From an uncultured virus (IMG/VR IMGVR_UViG_3300031746_002572) (taxonomy: Duplodnaviria; Heunggongvirae; Uroviricota; Caudoviricetes), in IMG/VR virus record IMGVR_UViG_3300031746_002572: a DNA stretch of 64,000 nucleotides. One strand, written 5' to 3'. Below the pieces are notes generated by a model. The model did not search any database and was not told the DNA's origin. It was given only the letters and a program-made list of their open reading frames with translations. The position numbers and the translations under genes were made by a program. Below, piece by piece: positions 38,326 to 48,632 of the stretch. The stretch's first letter is position 1. Each line of letters begins with the position of its first letter.

Positions 38326-38503
38326 AAATAAAAATATGGTTAGAGATGTAAAGATGTCTAAAAATCCAAATTGGAAAGGTGGAAAAATTAAAAATATAAA
38401 GGGTTATATTCTAATAAGAATGCCAAAACATCCTTGCGCTGTTCAAGGTTATGTTCGAGAAGATATATTATTAATGGAAAAACGGATTAAAAATCTTAAA
38501 TAA
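38309..38503 (+). pseudogene. Truncated HNH homing endonuclease remnant
   Basis: NPNWKGG...GYILI..PKHP...GYVRE..L.ME; stops before the HNH core. Confidence 0.6.
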
Positions 38504-38513
38504 AAGGCAAATA

Positions 38514-39356
38514 ATGAGTAATAGAATAACAATTATAGGTGAGATTGGTATAAATCATAATCATAATATGGAAATTATAAAAAAGTTGATAGATTTATGC
38601 GTAGAATTAAGAATTTCAATAGTTAAATTTCAAAAACGTACCGTAGATTTATGTTATTCTAAAGAGTTTTTAGATAGTCCAAGAGAGTCTCAATTTGGAA
38701 AAACTGTTAGAGATCAAAAGAATGGATTAGAATTATCACAAAATGATTATGATGAAATAAATAAATATTGTGATGAAAAAAATATTTATTGGATGGCTAG
38801 TGCATGGGATATTCCAAGTCTAGTTTTTTTAAGACAATATAGGTCGTTATTCAATAAAGTTGCTTCTGCGATAATTACGAATTTACCGTTAATAGAAGAA
38901 ATAGCGAAAGAAAAAAAATATACATATATTTCTACGGGGATGAGCACTTTACAAGAAATACATAGAGTTGTAGATATTTTTAAAAAATATAGATGTGCTT
39001 TTGAATTAATGGTGTGTACGAGTACATATCCTATGAAAGATGAACATGCTCGTTTAGGCCGTATTATATCTCTACGCCGAGAGTTTAATTGTAACGTAGG
39101 TTATAGTGGCCATGAAACAGGGTTACAAATATCATTGGCTGCTGTGGTATTAGGGGCATCAAGTATAGAAAGACATATTACGCTTGACAGAACAATGGAA
39201 GGATCGGATCATGCGGCTTCTTTAGAACCAAATGGTTTAAGAAGATTAGTAAGAGATATACATATAATTAAGAATGCTATTGGAAATGGCGTAATAGAAC
39301 CTATCTTAGAAGAAATACCTATAATGGAAAAATTAAGATATTGGGAGAATAATTAA
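38514..39356 (+). CDS. neuB: N-acetylneuraminate (nonulosonate) synthase, no SAF domain
   Basis: EIGINHN, VKFQKR, ISTGMS, CTSTYP, GYSGHE, IERHITLD, GSDH. Confidence 0.93.
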   Translation: MSNRITIIGEIGINHNHNMEIIKKLIDLCVELRISIVKFQKRTVDLCYSKEFLDSPRESQFGKTVRDQKNGLELSQNDYDEINKYCDEKNIYWMASAWDIPSLVFLRQYRSLFNKVASAIITNLPLIEEIAKEKKYTYISTGMSTLQEIHRVVDIFKKYRCAFELMVCTSTYPMKDEHARLGRIISLRREFNCNVGYSGHETGLQISLAAVVLGASSIERHITLDRTMEGSDHAASLEPNGLRRLVRDIHIIKNAIGNGVIEPILEEIPIMEKLRYWENN

Positions 39357-39562
39357 TGGAAAATAAATTTATAGATTTTATAGAAAAAAATTATATCTTT
39401 GGTTCTTTAAGAGAATGTATTATAAATTTTGTTTATAATCATCTAGAGAGAGAAGATTTACCGCGTGATAATGGAGAATGCGCATTTCAAATGATTAAAG
39501 GTATGATAAAATATTTAGAACTTAAAAATATAAAAAAAAGTAAGATATTGGCAGATGAATAA
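39356..39562 (+). CDS. Hypothetical protein
   Basis: Coupled between neuB and neuA. Confidence 0.55.
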   Translation: MENKFIDFIEKNYIFGSLRECIINFVYNHLEREDLPRDNGECAFQMIKGMIKYLELKNIKKSKILADE

Positions 39563-40238
39563 AAAAATTATTGTTATTATTGGAGCACGTAGTAAAAGTA
39601 AAAGTATAAAAGATAAGAATTTACTTCTTATAAATAATATACCTTTATTGGCATGGCCTATTGTTATAGCAAAACAGTGTAAAAATATTGATAAAATATA
39701 TTTATCTACTGATAGCGTTAAATATGGCAAAATAGGCGAATGTTTTGGGGCTGAATTTATATTAAGACCTCCTGGATTAGCGCAAGATAATAGTGTGGAT
39801 TATGATTGGATCAGAGATTTGATGATAACACCCGCAATGATATGGGATGATGATATGTTGGTTTTGTTGCGGCCTACTAGTCCTTTGAGAAATCCAAAAA
39901 TATTAGAAGACGTGATAAAAAAATTTGATGATAAAAACTATGATTCTTTACGTACCATAGAAGAACTATTAGACCCGATAGAAAAGTTATATGAATTTCA
40001 AACAGATATGAAGACTATACAAAGATTTAGAATAGGTGATAAATATCCGGTACATGATATGCCGCGTCAGGAATGTAAAAAAATATATAGACCTAATGGA
40101 TATGCAGATATTTTAAAAGTTGAGACAATAAGAAAATATGGGAATTTATTTGGTAATAAAGTACAAGGTTATATTACGCCTAAAATATTAGAAATAGATG
40201 AATATGATGATTATGAATTAGTTAAAGGAATTAGATAG
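39555..40238 (+). CDS. neuA: CMP-nonulosonate synthetase
   Basis: ARSKSKSIKDKN, STDS, RPTSPLR, EIDEYDD. Confidence 0.9.
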   Translation: MNKKIIVIIGARSKSKSIKDKNLLLINNIPLLAWPIVIAKQCKNIDKIYLSTDSVKYGKIGECFGAEFILRPPGLAQDNSVDYDWIRDLMITPAMIWDDDMLVLLRPTSPLRNPKILEDVIKKFDDKNYDSLRTIEELLDPIEKLYEFQTDMKTIQRFRIGDKYPVHDMPRQECKKIYRPNGYADILKVETIRKYGNLFGNKVQGYITPKILEIDEYDDYELVKGIR

Positions 40239-40263
40239 TATAAAATGGACAAGGAGATAAAAA

Positions 40264-41226
40264 ATGGTTGAAAGAATATCATATTTTAATGGAAAATATG
40301 TTCCTGTGTCTAAAGTATATATTTCTCAATATAGTTTATGGGCAATGCAGGGCGTGTGCGTTTTTGAAATGTTAAGGAGTTTTAATAAGATTCATTTTAA
40401 ATTAGGTGATCATTTGGATAGACTTTATAAAGGTTTAAAAGTATATAGAATAGAACCAAAAGAAAGTATAGTGGAAATGGCTCGAATCTGTGAAAAAGTT
40501 ACAGATATAAACAGAGATTTTTTTAAAAAAGATGATGAGTTCAGACTAAAAATAAATATCGGTGGTGGAAATTTATCTATATATCCTTCTCCTCATACTC
40601 CAATTGTTATCGTAGACGTGTTCCCTTTGCGATGGACTATAAAAGGGATGGGTAAATTATTTGATGAAGGTGTAAACGCAATTATACCATCACACCGTAC
40701 TATTGATCACGACTTAATAGATCAACGAGTTAAAAATTGCAATAGATTACATTTTTATCTAGCTAATCAGGATATTAGTGGATATAGTGGTGAAAATAAT
40801 TGGGCTTTGTTGTTAGATAGTAGGGGTTTTATAGCTGAAGGTACTGGTGATAATTTTTTCATTGTTAAAAATAATAAAATTATTACGCCTAAATGTATGA
40901 ATATATTAGGAGGCATTAGTAGAGATTATATAAGATCAATGGTTAAAAATAATTTGAAGTATGAATTTATTGAAACAGATATAAATTTTTATGATGTTTG
41001 TAACGCCGATGAAGCCTTTTATAGCGCAACACCATTTTGTATTATGCCTTGTGTGTCTATTCAAGGCGTTAAAATAGGGAATGGTAAAGTAGGCCCTTGT
41101 GTTAAATACTTATTGGCTTTATGGTCTAAAATAGTAGGGGTAGATATAGTTGAACAGATTAAAAAATGGGATATAAATAATAAAGATATTAATGGCATTA
41201 CTCCTTATATGATAAGGAAAAATTAA
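40264..41226 (+). CDS. PLP aminotransferase class IV (IlvE/Dat-like)
   Basis: GVCVFE, HLDRL, EGTGDNFF, LGGISR, ADEAF. Confidence 0.88.
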   Translation: MVERISYFNGKYVPVSKVYISQYSLWAMQGVCVFEMLRSFNKIHFKLGDHLDRLYKGLKVYRIEPKESIVEMARICEKVTDINRDFFKKDDEFRLKINIGGGNLSIYPSPHTPIVIVDVFPLRWTIKGMGKLFDEGVNAIIPSHRTIDHDLIDQRVKNCNRLHFYLANQDISGYSGENNWALLLDSRGFIAEGTGDNFFIVKNNKIITPKCMNILGGISRDYIRSMVKNNLKYEFIETDINFYDVCNADEAFYSATPFCIMPCVSIQGVKIGNGKVGPCVKYLLALWSKIVGVDIVEQIKKWDINNKDINGITPYMIRKN

Positions 41227-41253
41227 TTGATTTAATAGATAGAAAGGATAAAG

Positions 41254-42051
41254 ATGATAACATTTAATGAAATTAATATTGAATTAACAAATAGATGTAA
41301 TAAAAATTGTGTTCCTTGTGGACGTAGAAAACTTGAAAAATTATTTCCTGAACGTAAATATGAAGAAGACATGGATTTTGAATTGTTAAAAAAAATTCAT
41401 GCTGAATTACCCGATGGTATGGTTATTCAATTTCACAATAATGGTGAACCATTATTATATCCTCAATTAAGTAAAGCTATAGATTTATTTACAACTGAAC
41501 ATATCGTTTGTCTTAATACTAATGGGAAATTGCTAAGGGAAAGATCAAAAGATATTATAGGTAATTTACATACAATGGCAGTTTCGGTTGTAGAAGATGA
41601 CGAAGAAAGTAATGAGCAATATTTAATTTTAAGACAATTCTTAAAATTAAAAGGAGATAAAAGCCCTTATGTAATAATAAGGATTCTAGGTAAAGTAGAT
41701 ATGGAAAGGTATGTTGAAATAGCAAAACAATATAATTGTCTAATCGCTACGCGAACTCTACATTCGCCTATGGGGTCTTTTAATTATGAAAAATCTGTTA
41801 CGATCCCAGAAAACGGAATTTGTAGGGATTTTTTATCTAAACCCTGTATTTCTGTTAATGGGGATTTTTCTATATGCGTTAGATTTGATCCATATAAAGA
41901 AGGCGTTATAGGTAATGTTCAAACGCAGTCTATAAATGAAATCTGGCATAGCGAGATCAGGATAAAATGGTTAAGAAATCATATTAAGGGGCAAAGAGAT
42001 AAAATAAATTTATGTTCTAAATGTCATTTTTATGGGTGCCCAACACCATGA
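41254..42051 (+). CDS. Radical SAM/SPASM protein
   Basis: CNKNCVPC, GEPLL, TNG, C-terminal CSKC. Confidence 0.9.
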   Translation: MITFNEINIELTNRCNKNCVPCGRRKLEKLFPERKYEEDMDFELLKKIHAELPDGMVIQFHNNGEPLLYPQLSKAIDLFTTEHIVCLNTNGKLLRERSKDIIGNLHTMAVSVVEDDEESNEQYLILRQFLKLKGDKSPYVIIRILGKVDMERYVEIAKQYNCLIATRTLHSPMGSFNYEKSVTIPENGICRDFLSKPCISVNGDFSICVRFDPYKEGVIGNVQTQSINEIWHSEIRIKWLRNHIKGQRDKINLCSKCHFYGCPTP

Positions 42052-42848
42052 TACAAATAATAATTTTCAGTAAAGATAGACCATGCCAGTTAGATGCGCT
42101 TTTAGACAGCATCAAATGGTTTTATGGAGTTCCTTCTTTTATTAATATTTTGTATTTATATTCTAATGATTTTTATTCCAAAGGTTATAATCAATGTATG
42201 GCTGATTATATAATAAACAAAAACATAGAATGGCATTGCCAATTGAACAGTAAAGATGGTTTTAAAGCTCAAATAGAAAATTTAAGTATAAAAAATAATT
42301 GCGAATATATAACTTATTTTACCGATGATGATATTATTAAATCTAAATTTCAATATGATGAAATTTTTAAACAATTCGAAAATAATAAAGACATCTTGAC
42401 TTTATCATTGAGACTTGGCCTTCACGTTAATTTTAATTATGTGAATCAAGAGTATACACCTTCTCCCGTAACAAATTTATGGGAATGGCGTAAATATCCT
42501 CCTTTATCTGATTGGGGTTATCCAATGTCAATACAGGGTAATATATTCAGAAGAGAAGATATAATTCCTTGTATCAAAAGAATACATTTTGATTGCCCTA
42601 ATAATTTTGAGGGTTCTATGTATCATAGTCCTATAAATAAACCTTATATGCTTTGTTATCCTAAATCGAAAGTATTAGGATTACAATTGAATCGCGTGGC
42701 CTCTACTTCTACGAATAGAAGTGGGAATATATCCATTGAACATTTGAACAAAGAATATCTTAATGGAAAAAGATTGGATTTTAGAAAATTATGTGATGTT
42801 GATTTTAATTCACCGGATATAGAATTAAAGGAGATACAATGGATGTGA
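42048..42848 (+). CDS. GT-A glycosyltransferase-like protein
   Basis: IIFSKDRPCQL, TDDD, WGYPMS. Confidence 0.7.
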   Translation: MIQIIIFSKDRPCQLDALLDSIKWFYGVPSFINILYLYSNDFYSKGYNQCMADYIINKNIEWHCQLNSKDGFKAQIENLSIKNNCEYITYFTDDDIIKSKFQYDEIFKQFENNKDILTLSLRLGLHVNFNYVNQEYTPSPVTNLWEWRKYPPLSDWGYPMSIQGNIFRREDIIPCIKRIHFDCPNNFEGSMYHSPINKPYMLCYPKSKVLGLQLNRVASTSTNRSGNISIEHLNKEYLNGKRLDFRKLCDVDFNSPDIELKEIQWM

Positions 42849-43762
42849 GAAAACGTCAATTGGAAGAACTAGACAAACGAAGAAAGCGGATTGTTTATAG
42901 AATGAATCAAAAGCCAGAAATAAAATATTATACACAATCTACAAATAATGAAAGTATAAATAATGATAAAGCGGTAATAGATAGTATAAATTTTGTTAAT
43001 AAAAATAAAATAGAAAGTGGTAATAATCCTTATTTTACTATTTTAATTACAGGGTATAATTCTAAAGAATGGTGCCGACGTTGTTTTGAAAGTGTATGTA
43101 GTCAAAATTATAAATATTTTGAAATCATTTATATAGATGCTCAATCTACAGATGGTTCATGGGATATAGCATGTGAATATGCTCGAAAGTTTTCATATTT
43201 TACAATATTTAGAAATAATATACGTCAATATCAAGTAGAAAATATATTGCAAGGTGTGAAAATGACCCGTAATAAAACTATTATAGTAAGTGCTGATAGT
43301 GATGACTGGTTTCCTGATAATGAAGTGTTATCCCGATTATCTAAATATTATACTGATAATATATGGATGACTTATGGAACTTTTGCAGAATACCCAGGAA
43401 TGAAATCAAGTTTACATAATTTTGGCCCTTATCCTGAAGGTGTGATAAGAGATAATAATTTTAGAGGTTCTAGATGGCAAGGCAGCCATTTGAGAACATG
43501 GCGTAAAGAACTATTTTTAAAAATAAATGAAGATGATTTAAAAGATTTAGACGGTGATTATTTTAAAATGGCAGGTGATATTGCTTTTATGTTTCCTATG
43601 CTTGAAATGGCCGGTGAACATGCAAAACATATATTGGAAGTTATGTATGTGTATAATTTAACTAATCCTTTAACTGAAACAAAAGTAAATAGGGATAATG
43701 TATATCGAATTGAAAAATTAGTTAGAACGAGAAAAGTTTATCAAAGATTGGTTTCATTATAA
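42839..43762 (+). CDS. GT2 glycosyltransferase
   Basis: GYN, SVCSQNY, IDAQSTDGS, DSDDW, SHLRT. Confidence 0.88.
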   Translation: MDVRKRQLEELDKRRKRIVYRMNQKPEIKYYTQSTNNESINNDKAVIDSINFVNKNKIESGNNPYFTILITGYNSKEWCRRCFESVCSQNYKYFEIIYIDAQSTDGSWDIACEYARKFSYFTIFRNNIRQYQVENILQGVKMTRNKTIIVSADSDDWFPDNEVLSRLSKYYTDNIWMTYGTFAEYPGMKSSLHNFGPYPEGVIRDNNFRGSRWQGSHLRTWRKELFLKINEDDLKDLDGDYFKMAGDIAFMFPMLEMAGEHAKHILEVMYVYNLTNPLTETKVNRDNVYRIEKLVRTRKVYQRLVSL

Positions 43763-45039
43763 TGTCTAATCTTTATATACAACAACGTGAAATCTTAAAG
43801 AAACGCAGAGAAAGAACGTTAAATAATATGCAAAATATTGTACGGTCTAATATTATTCCTAATGAAAAAAAATATAATCCCGTGATGGAAATAAATATAA
43901 AAAAGAAAAAATATTCTCCTATTATGGAAGCGAATATAAAAGAAGAATGCGGCTCTGTTATAGAAATAAATACAAAAAAAGAAGAACAAAATATTAAAAA
44001 AAAAGAAATAATAAAACCAACGATCACGTATTTTAATAGAAGAAATAGAATAGATCGTAAGACTGTAGCTCCTAATATAGATACTACGGCTATTTTCTAT
44101 ACTAAAGAAGAATTTTATAAATATTTTGAAAGTAAAAAAATAAATTATAACACTATTATGAATGGGGCCATAGTTACAATAGAAAAAAATAAGCCCTATA
44201 TTAATTTAATGTTGGCGGTTCAAGGACGTAAAAATAATTTTGAAACCTGTATAAGATATTTAAAATATGCAATTAAAGAATGTGTTTACAAAGTAGAGAA
44301 TGAATATGATCGTCTTATAAAGATAACCGTTCTTGAAAATGATATAGTCCCTAAATATCAGCAATTTTGTAAAAATAATAATTATGACTATGTTTTTTTG
44401 CCTATGAGTTTGTCGCAATCAAAAAATAAGTTTGCCAAGTCTTTGTTATGGAATCTAGGTTTTATATTTGCAAATTCTTCACCGTGGTATTGCCTACATG
44501 ATATAGATATTATTATGGAATCTAATTTTTTTGAACTCATCACAACTAATTATATAAATACTAATAAATTATGGATACAACCATATAACGATAAAGTGGT
44601 GAAACGATTTGAAATCAAAGAAACTATAAATATTATAAAGACGAATAAATATCTTGAATTAGATAAAATTCCTTGTAAAAATCCATTACCAGGAAGCGTT
44701 GGGGGAAGTATATTTGTTAAAAGGAAGGCATTTCTTGATGTCGGTGGTTTTGATCCTGAATTATATAGTGGTTATGCTCCAGAAGACGCTATGTTTTGGG
44801 CTAAATTGGAATGTTCGTGGGGGATTAGTCATAGTGGTAGTAATACTCATTTAGGTGGTGCTTGTTATGCGGATAATCCTTCAATTACCTTATATCATTT
44901 AGATCATCCGTTTGTTTTAAATCCAGAACAACGCCGGTATATGGGTATTTATAATGCTTTTGTGGCCATGAATCATACAGAAAAAATAGAATATATGAAA
45001 TTAAAAAGAAATATACTTATTCAGTATATAAAGGAATAA
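43762..45039 (+). CDS. GT2/GT7-like glycosyltransferase with low-complexity N-terminus
   Basis: FAKSLLWNLG, HDID, VGGFDPE..GYAPED, HLDH. Confidence 0.75.
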   Translation: MSNLYIQQREILKKRRERTLNNMQNIVRSNIIPNEKKYNPVMEINIKKKKYSPIMEANIKEECGSVIEINTKKEEQNIKKKEIIKPTITYFNRRNRIDRKTVAPNIDTTAIFYTKEEFYKYFESKKINYNTIMNGAIVTIEKNKPYINLMLAVQGRKNNFETCIRYLKYAIKECVYKVENEYDRLIKITVLENDIVPKYQQFCKNNNYDYVFLPMSLSQSKNKFAKSLLWNLGFIFANSSPWYCLHDIDIIMESNFFELITTNYINTNKLWIQPYNDKVVKRFEIKETINIIKTNKYLELDKIPCKNPLPGSVGGSIFVKRKAFLDVGGFDPELYSGYAPEDAMFWAKLECSWGISHSGSNTHLGGACYADNPSITLYHLDHPFVLNPEQRRYMGIYNAFVAMNHTEKIEYMKLKRNILIQYIKE

Positions 45040-45041
45040 AA

Positions 45042-45857
45042 ATGTCGCCTGTAAAAATATCATTTAAAGATCAGGCTTTTGCAGATGAAAAAGGAATCGT
45101 TGAAAGAAACACGCCTTATATTAATTGGGATCGTAATTGTGAAAATAAAAAATTGTGTGTTTATACTGATACTAAACTTTTTGAACCTTTAATAGCTAAA
45201 TTTAATATCGCGTGGCTTTTAGAACCTATGGCGGTGAGAACTGACACGTATGAATATATTTTAAGAAATCCCAATAAGTTTGATTTAATATTAACATATA
45301 CCAGAGAATTTTATGAGAATCCTATATTAAAAAACAAAATTAGATATTATCAGTTTGGAGGTTGTTGGGTTAAACCAGAGGATTCGAAAATATATGATAA
45401 AACAAAAGATACGTCTATTATTGCGAGTTGGAAAAAGATGACAGAAGGCCATAAATTAAGGCATGAGACCATAGGTAAATTTAAAGGTATGATTGATGTC
45501 TATGGAAATGGTTATAAGTTTATTCAGAATAAATTAGAAGGGCATAAAGATTATAGATATAGTATTATTATCGAAAATATAAGACAAGACTTTTGGTTTA
45601 CGGAGAAAATTATAGATGCGTTTGCGTGTGGGAGCATACCTATTTATTGGGGATGTCCAAGTATAGGCAATTTTTTTAATATAGATGGAATTATTACGTT
45701 TAATGATTTACAAAAACTTGAATGTATATTGCAAAAAAATGTTTCTGAACGTGATTATAATAACAGAATGAAAGCGATTATAGAAAATTTTAATAAAGTC
45801 GAAGACTACCGATGGTGTGAAAAATCTATTTATGAGGCTATAAAGGAATTTTTATGA
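45042..45857 (+). CDS. GT10 (fucosyltransferase-like)
   Basis: YRYSIIIEN...FTEKIIDAF..GSIPIYWG. Confidence 0.85.
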   Translation: MSPVKISFKDQAFADEKGIVERNTPYINWDRNCENKKLCVYTDTKLFEPLIAKFNIAWLLEPMAVRTDTYEYILRNPNKFDLILTYTREFYENPILKNKIRYYQFGGCWVKPEDSKIYDKTKDTSIIASWKKMTEGHKLRHETIGKFKGMIDVYGNGYKFIQNKLEGHKDYRYSIIIENIRQDFWFTEKIIDAFACGSIPIYWGCPSIGNFFNIDGIITFNDLQKLECILQKNVSERDYNNRMKAIIENFNKVEDYRWCEKSIYEAIKEFL

Positions 45858-46648
45858 TCCATTTTGTTACGTTTGCAGATAATAAGATGATAAAAACAAG
45901 AGATAGATTAGTTGAAGAGGCTAAAAATTCTGGGTTCTTTAATGAATACCATGTATTTGATGAAAAAAATTTACCGCAAGAAATGGTTGCATATTGTCAA
46001 GGAAGACATAGCTACGGTAATTATATATGGAAATCATTCGTAGTTGATCAAGTATTAAATAAAATAGAAGAAAATGATATTTTAATATGGGTTGATGCGG
46101 GATGCGTAATACAAAAAGAAGGCAAATGGAGATTTGACGAATATATTGATATGGTGAATAAAAGTGAATATGCGAATGTTAGTTTTGAATTATGCGATAC
46201 CTATTGTTTTGAAAAAAGATATACTAAAGCAGATATATTCGATCATTTTAATGCAGAAGATTTAATAGAAGGAATACAGTTAAATACAACCTCGTTTTTA
46301 TTGAGAAATACAGAATATACAAGAAAGATTGTATCACTATGGAAAGATACAACCTTAAATCATTTATATTTATCTGAAGGTAACGATTCTGTAAGACTTT
46401 TTGTTAAAACTCATAAAGATTTTTATGACAATAGACAGGACCAATCTATATTTTCGATAATAAGAAGAAAATATGGAACCACAATTATTCCTCATCCTAT
46501 TAAAGGTTTAAAAATTATCAATGATGAAGGTAGGTATATTGTTCCAGACCCATTTTTTAGTGAATTAGAGACTAATACGTGTGAGTATAATAGCGAACTA
46601 GGAAGTAATAAGATATATCCTATAGTTGCAAAAAGATTGAGATATTAA
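45854..46648 (+). CDS. Putative glycosyltransferase
   Basis: YIWKS, WVDAG, RQDQSIFS. Confidence 0.6.
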   Translation: MIHFVTFADNKMIKTRDRLVEEAKNSGFFNEYHVFDEKNLPQEMVAYCQGRHSYGNYIWKSFVVDQVLNKIEENDILIWVDAGCVIQKEGKWRFDEYIDMVNKSEYANVSFELCDTYCFEKRYTKADIFDHFNAEDLIEGIQLNTTSFLLRNTEYTRKIVSLWKDTTLNHLYLSEGNDSVRLFVKTHKDFYDNRQDQSIFSIIRRKYGTTIIPHPIKGLKIINDEGRYIVPDPFFSELETNTCEYNSELGSNKIYPIVAKRLRY

Positions 46649-46717
46649 AGACTATATGATTATAATGTTATTAATTGATTTAAAGCGATTAATTAAGGGC
46701 TGTGGAGGCTTTAAACC

Positions 46718-47056
46718 ATGAGTGCAGAACATATTGAGTATTTGATTCATAAGACAGTATACGAGTTATTAGATAAAGATAAGCATGTAAAAGATTATGA
46801 TGACACTTATACGGATACGATTGCAGAAATAATAGAAAAAATGATTATAATTAATACTAGGCAATGGTATCTAGAAGACCAAATGGGTATTGCAAAAACA
46901 AAAGAAGAAATATGTGCACTAAAAAAGAAAATGGATATAATGTTTAAAGTTAAAAGGCCCGCTTTGATTAATGCTTTAGATAAGATGATATATCAAGTAT
47001 TAAAAGGTAAAATAGAATATTCATCGGAAGATTTAAAATTATATAAAAAGGAATAA
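46718..47056 (+). CDS. DUF4254-like helical protein
   Basis: IIEKMIIINTRQWYLED...R..LINALD. Confidence 0.5.
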   Translation: MSAEHIEYLIHKTVYELLDKDKHVKDYDDTYTDTIAEIIEKMIIINTRQWYLEDQMGIAKTKEEICALKKKMDIMFKVKRPALINALDKMIYQVLKGKIEYSSEDLKLYKKE

Positions 47057-47057
47057 T

Positions 47058-47945
47058 ATGGCATCTTATGGTATTTGGAGACACGAATCGAGTCTAGGAA
47101 ATTCCGCAGAACAAATAGTTAATTTGTGCCACTTTATCAAACAAATGAATGATAAAGACCCTATTATTTATGTTGAATCTGATTTTCAAAAATATTTTGC
47201 TATGTGTATAGAAGAAATCATACCGGAAAATATTCGGTATTATTCTAAAGAAATTGAAATGGATAGGCTTAATGAAAATGTGATGAAATATTATGGCCTG
47301 TTAAAAGATATTTATATGCCTGATGTGTATTTCAGAGACTTGCCTTATTATTATCCTTCGGTATGGGAAAATTTAAGTATGAATAAATGTTTATTGAAAT
47401 TTCCATATAAATATTATGAACACAAATTTGATCATTTATTGCCTAAAGACGCTATTGTAATTCAATTCAGACAGGCTAAAACATATTGGCATCGTATTGA
47501 TGGGGATAATATGGAACCTAGAAGGTTTGTTGATCCTCTGATGTTTGGTAAAGTTGCTTTACATTATGCTAATAAAGGATTTAAAGTTGTAAAAATAGGC
47601 GATCCCAGACAAATGTTGTTTCCTAGCCATCCTAATATCATAGATTTCGGTTGTTTTCAACATCAAAATAAAACCATTCTTGATGATCTATATTTAATAG
47701 ACAATTGCAAAGTCTTTTTATCCTGTGATAGCGGAGTCTGGCCTATGGCTGGCGGTATGAAGAAGAAATTGGTTTTATCTAATGTGGCGTGTGTATTTAA
47801 TGGAGAAATGAAACTTTATAAAGAATGTATTGTAAAATGGATGGTTCCAGAAATTACTAGAGTTATTTATAAAGATATTATTAATGGGCAATATATGGAT
47901 AATAGTTTTGAACAATTAATTCAAAATGTGGATTCATTATTATAA
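47058..47945 (+). CDS. Putative glycosyltransferase (GT-B-like)
   Basis: SLGN, GFKVVKIGD, DDLYLIDNCKVFLSCDSG. Confidence 0.65.
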   Translation: MASYGIWRHESSLGNSAEQIVNLCHFIKQMNDKDPIIYVESDFQKYFAMCIEEIIPENIRYYSKEIEMDRLNENVMKYYGLLKDIYMPDVYFRDLPYYYPSVWENLSMNKCLLKFPYKYYEHKFDHLLPKDAIVIQFRQAKTYWHRIDGDNMEPRRFVDPLMFGKVALHYANKGFKVVKIGDPRQMLFPSHPNIIDFGCFQHQNKTILDDLYLIDNCKVFLSCDSGVWPMAGGMKKKLVLSNVACVFNGEMKLYKECIVKWMVPEITRVIYKDIINGQYMDNSFEQLIQNVDSLL

Positions 47946-47976
47946 AAATTAAAAAAGAATTGACGATAGATCAAAT

Positions 47977-48012
47977 AGTAAATATCCCACGACTAAAGTC
48001 GTTGGTTTCCTT
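47977..48012 (+). mobile_element. IS200/IS605-end-like hairpin remnant
   Basis: GTAAATATCCCACGACTAAAGTCGTTGGTTTCC. Confidence 0.45.
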
Positions 48013-48044
48013 TCCACGAAAGATCATGAAGGTGGAATTATTTT

Positions 48045-48632
48045 ATGACATCAGAAGAGTTAGTACAATCTTCTTGTGATATTATTGGTAAATTGGAGCA
48101 AAATAACAATGAGATTATACAATGTGTTAAATACATTATAGATTTAAAACCTCATAATATATTAGAAATAGGCACTCGTAAAGGCGGTACATTTCATATT
48201 TGGTGTAGTTTGGCTACGGGAAAGCGAATATCTGTGGATTTATGTGAAGAGATGAGTCTTGAAGAAGTTGTGGAACGTAATAAAAAGATCAATGAACGTT
48301 TTGATCGTGTTTATTTTATTCAAGGTAATTCACATGACGGCCATATACTTAATAGAGTTAAAAAAGTTTTGAAAGGGGAACTATTAGATTTTCTTTTTAT
48401 TGATGGTGAACATATTAATGATGGCCCAGAAAAAGATTATCAAATGTATAGCCCCTTAGTTAGAGCTGGAGGTATTATAGGATTTCACGATATTGGTGAA
48501 ATGACCAATAATGGATGGGGTGGACATCCTTATGATGATTGGCAACGAATAAAAAAACAATATGCAAGCGATAAAATTATAGAAATTATTGAACAGTATG
48601 ATTATAAAGGAATAGGATTGATTAAATTATGA
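48045..48632 (+). CDS. Class I SAM methyltransferase (Methyltransf_24-like)
   Basis: LEIGTRKGG, FIDGEH, GGIIGFHD. Confidence 0.85.
   Translation: MTSEELVQSSCDIIGKLEQNNNEIIQCVKYIIDLKPHNILEIGTRKGGTFHIWCSLATGKRISVDLCEEMSLEEVVERNKKINERFDRVYFIQGNSHDGHILNRVKKVLKGELLDFLFIDGEHINDGPEKDYQMYSPLVRAGGIIGFHDIGEMTNNGWGGHPYDDWQRIKKQYASDKIIEIIEQYDYKGIGLIKL

Noticed and set aside
43860..43990. Three degenerate ~36-bp repeats (KYNPVMEINIK, KYSPIMEANIK, ECGSVIEINTK)
   Set aside because: Low-complexity coding repeats in a GT N-terminal linker; no sign of a separate element
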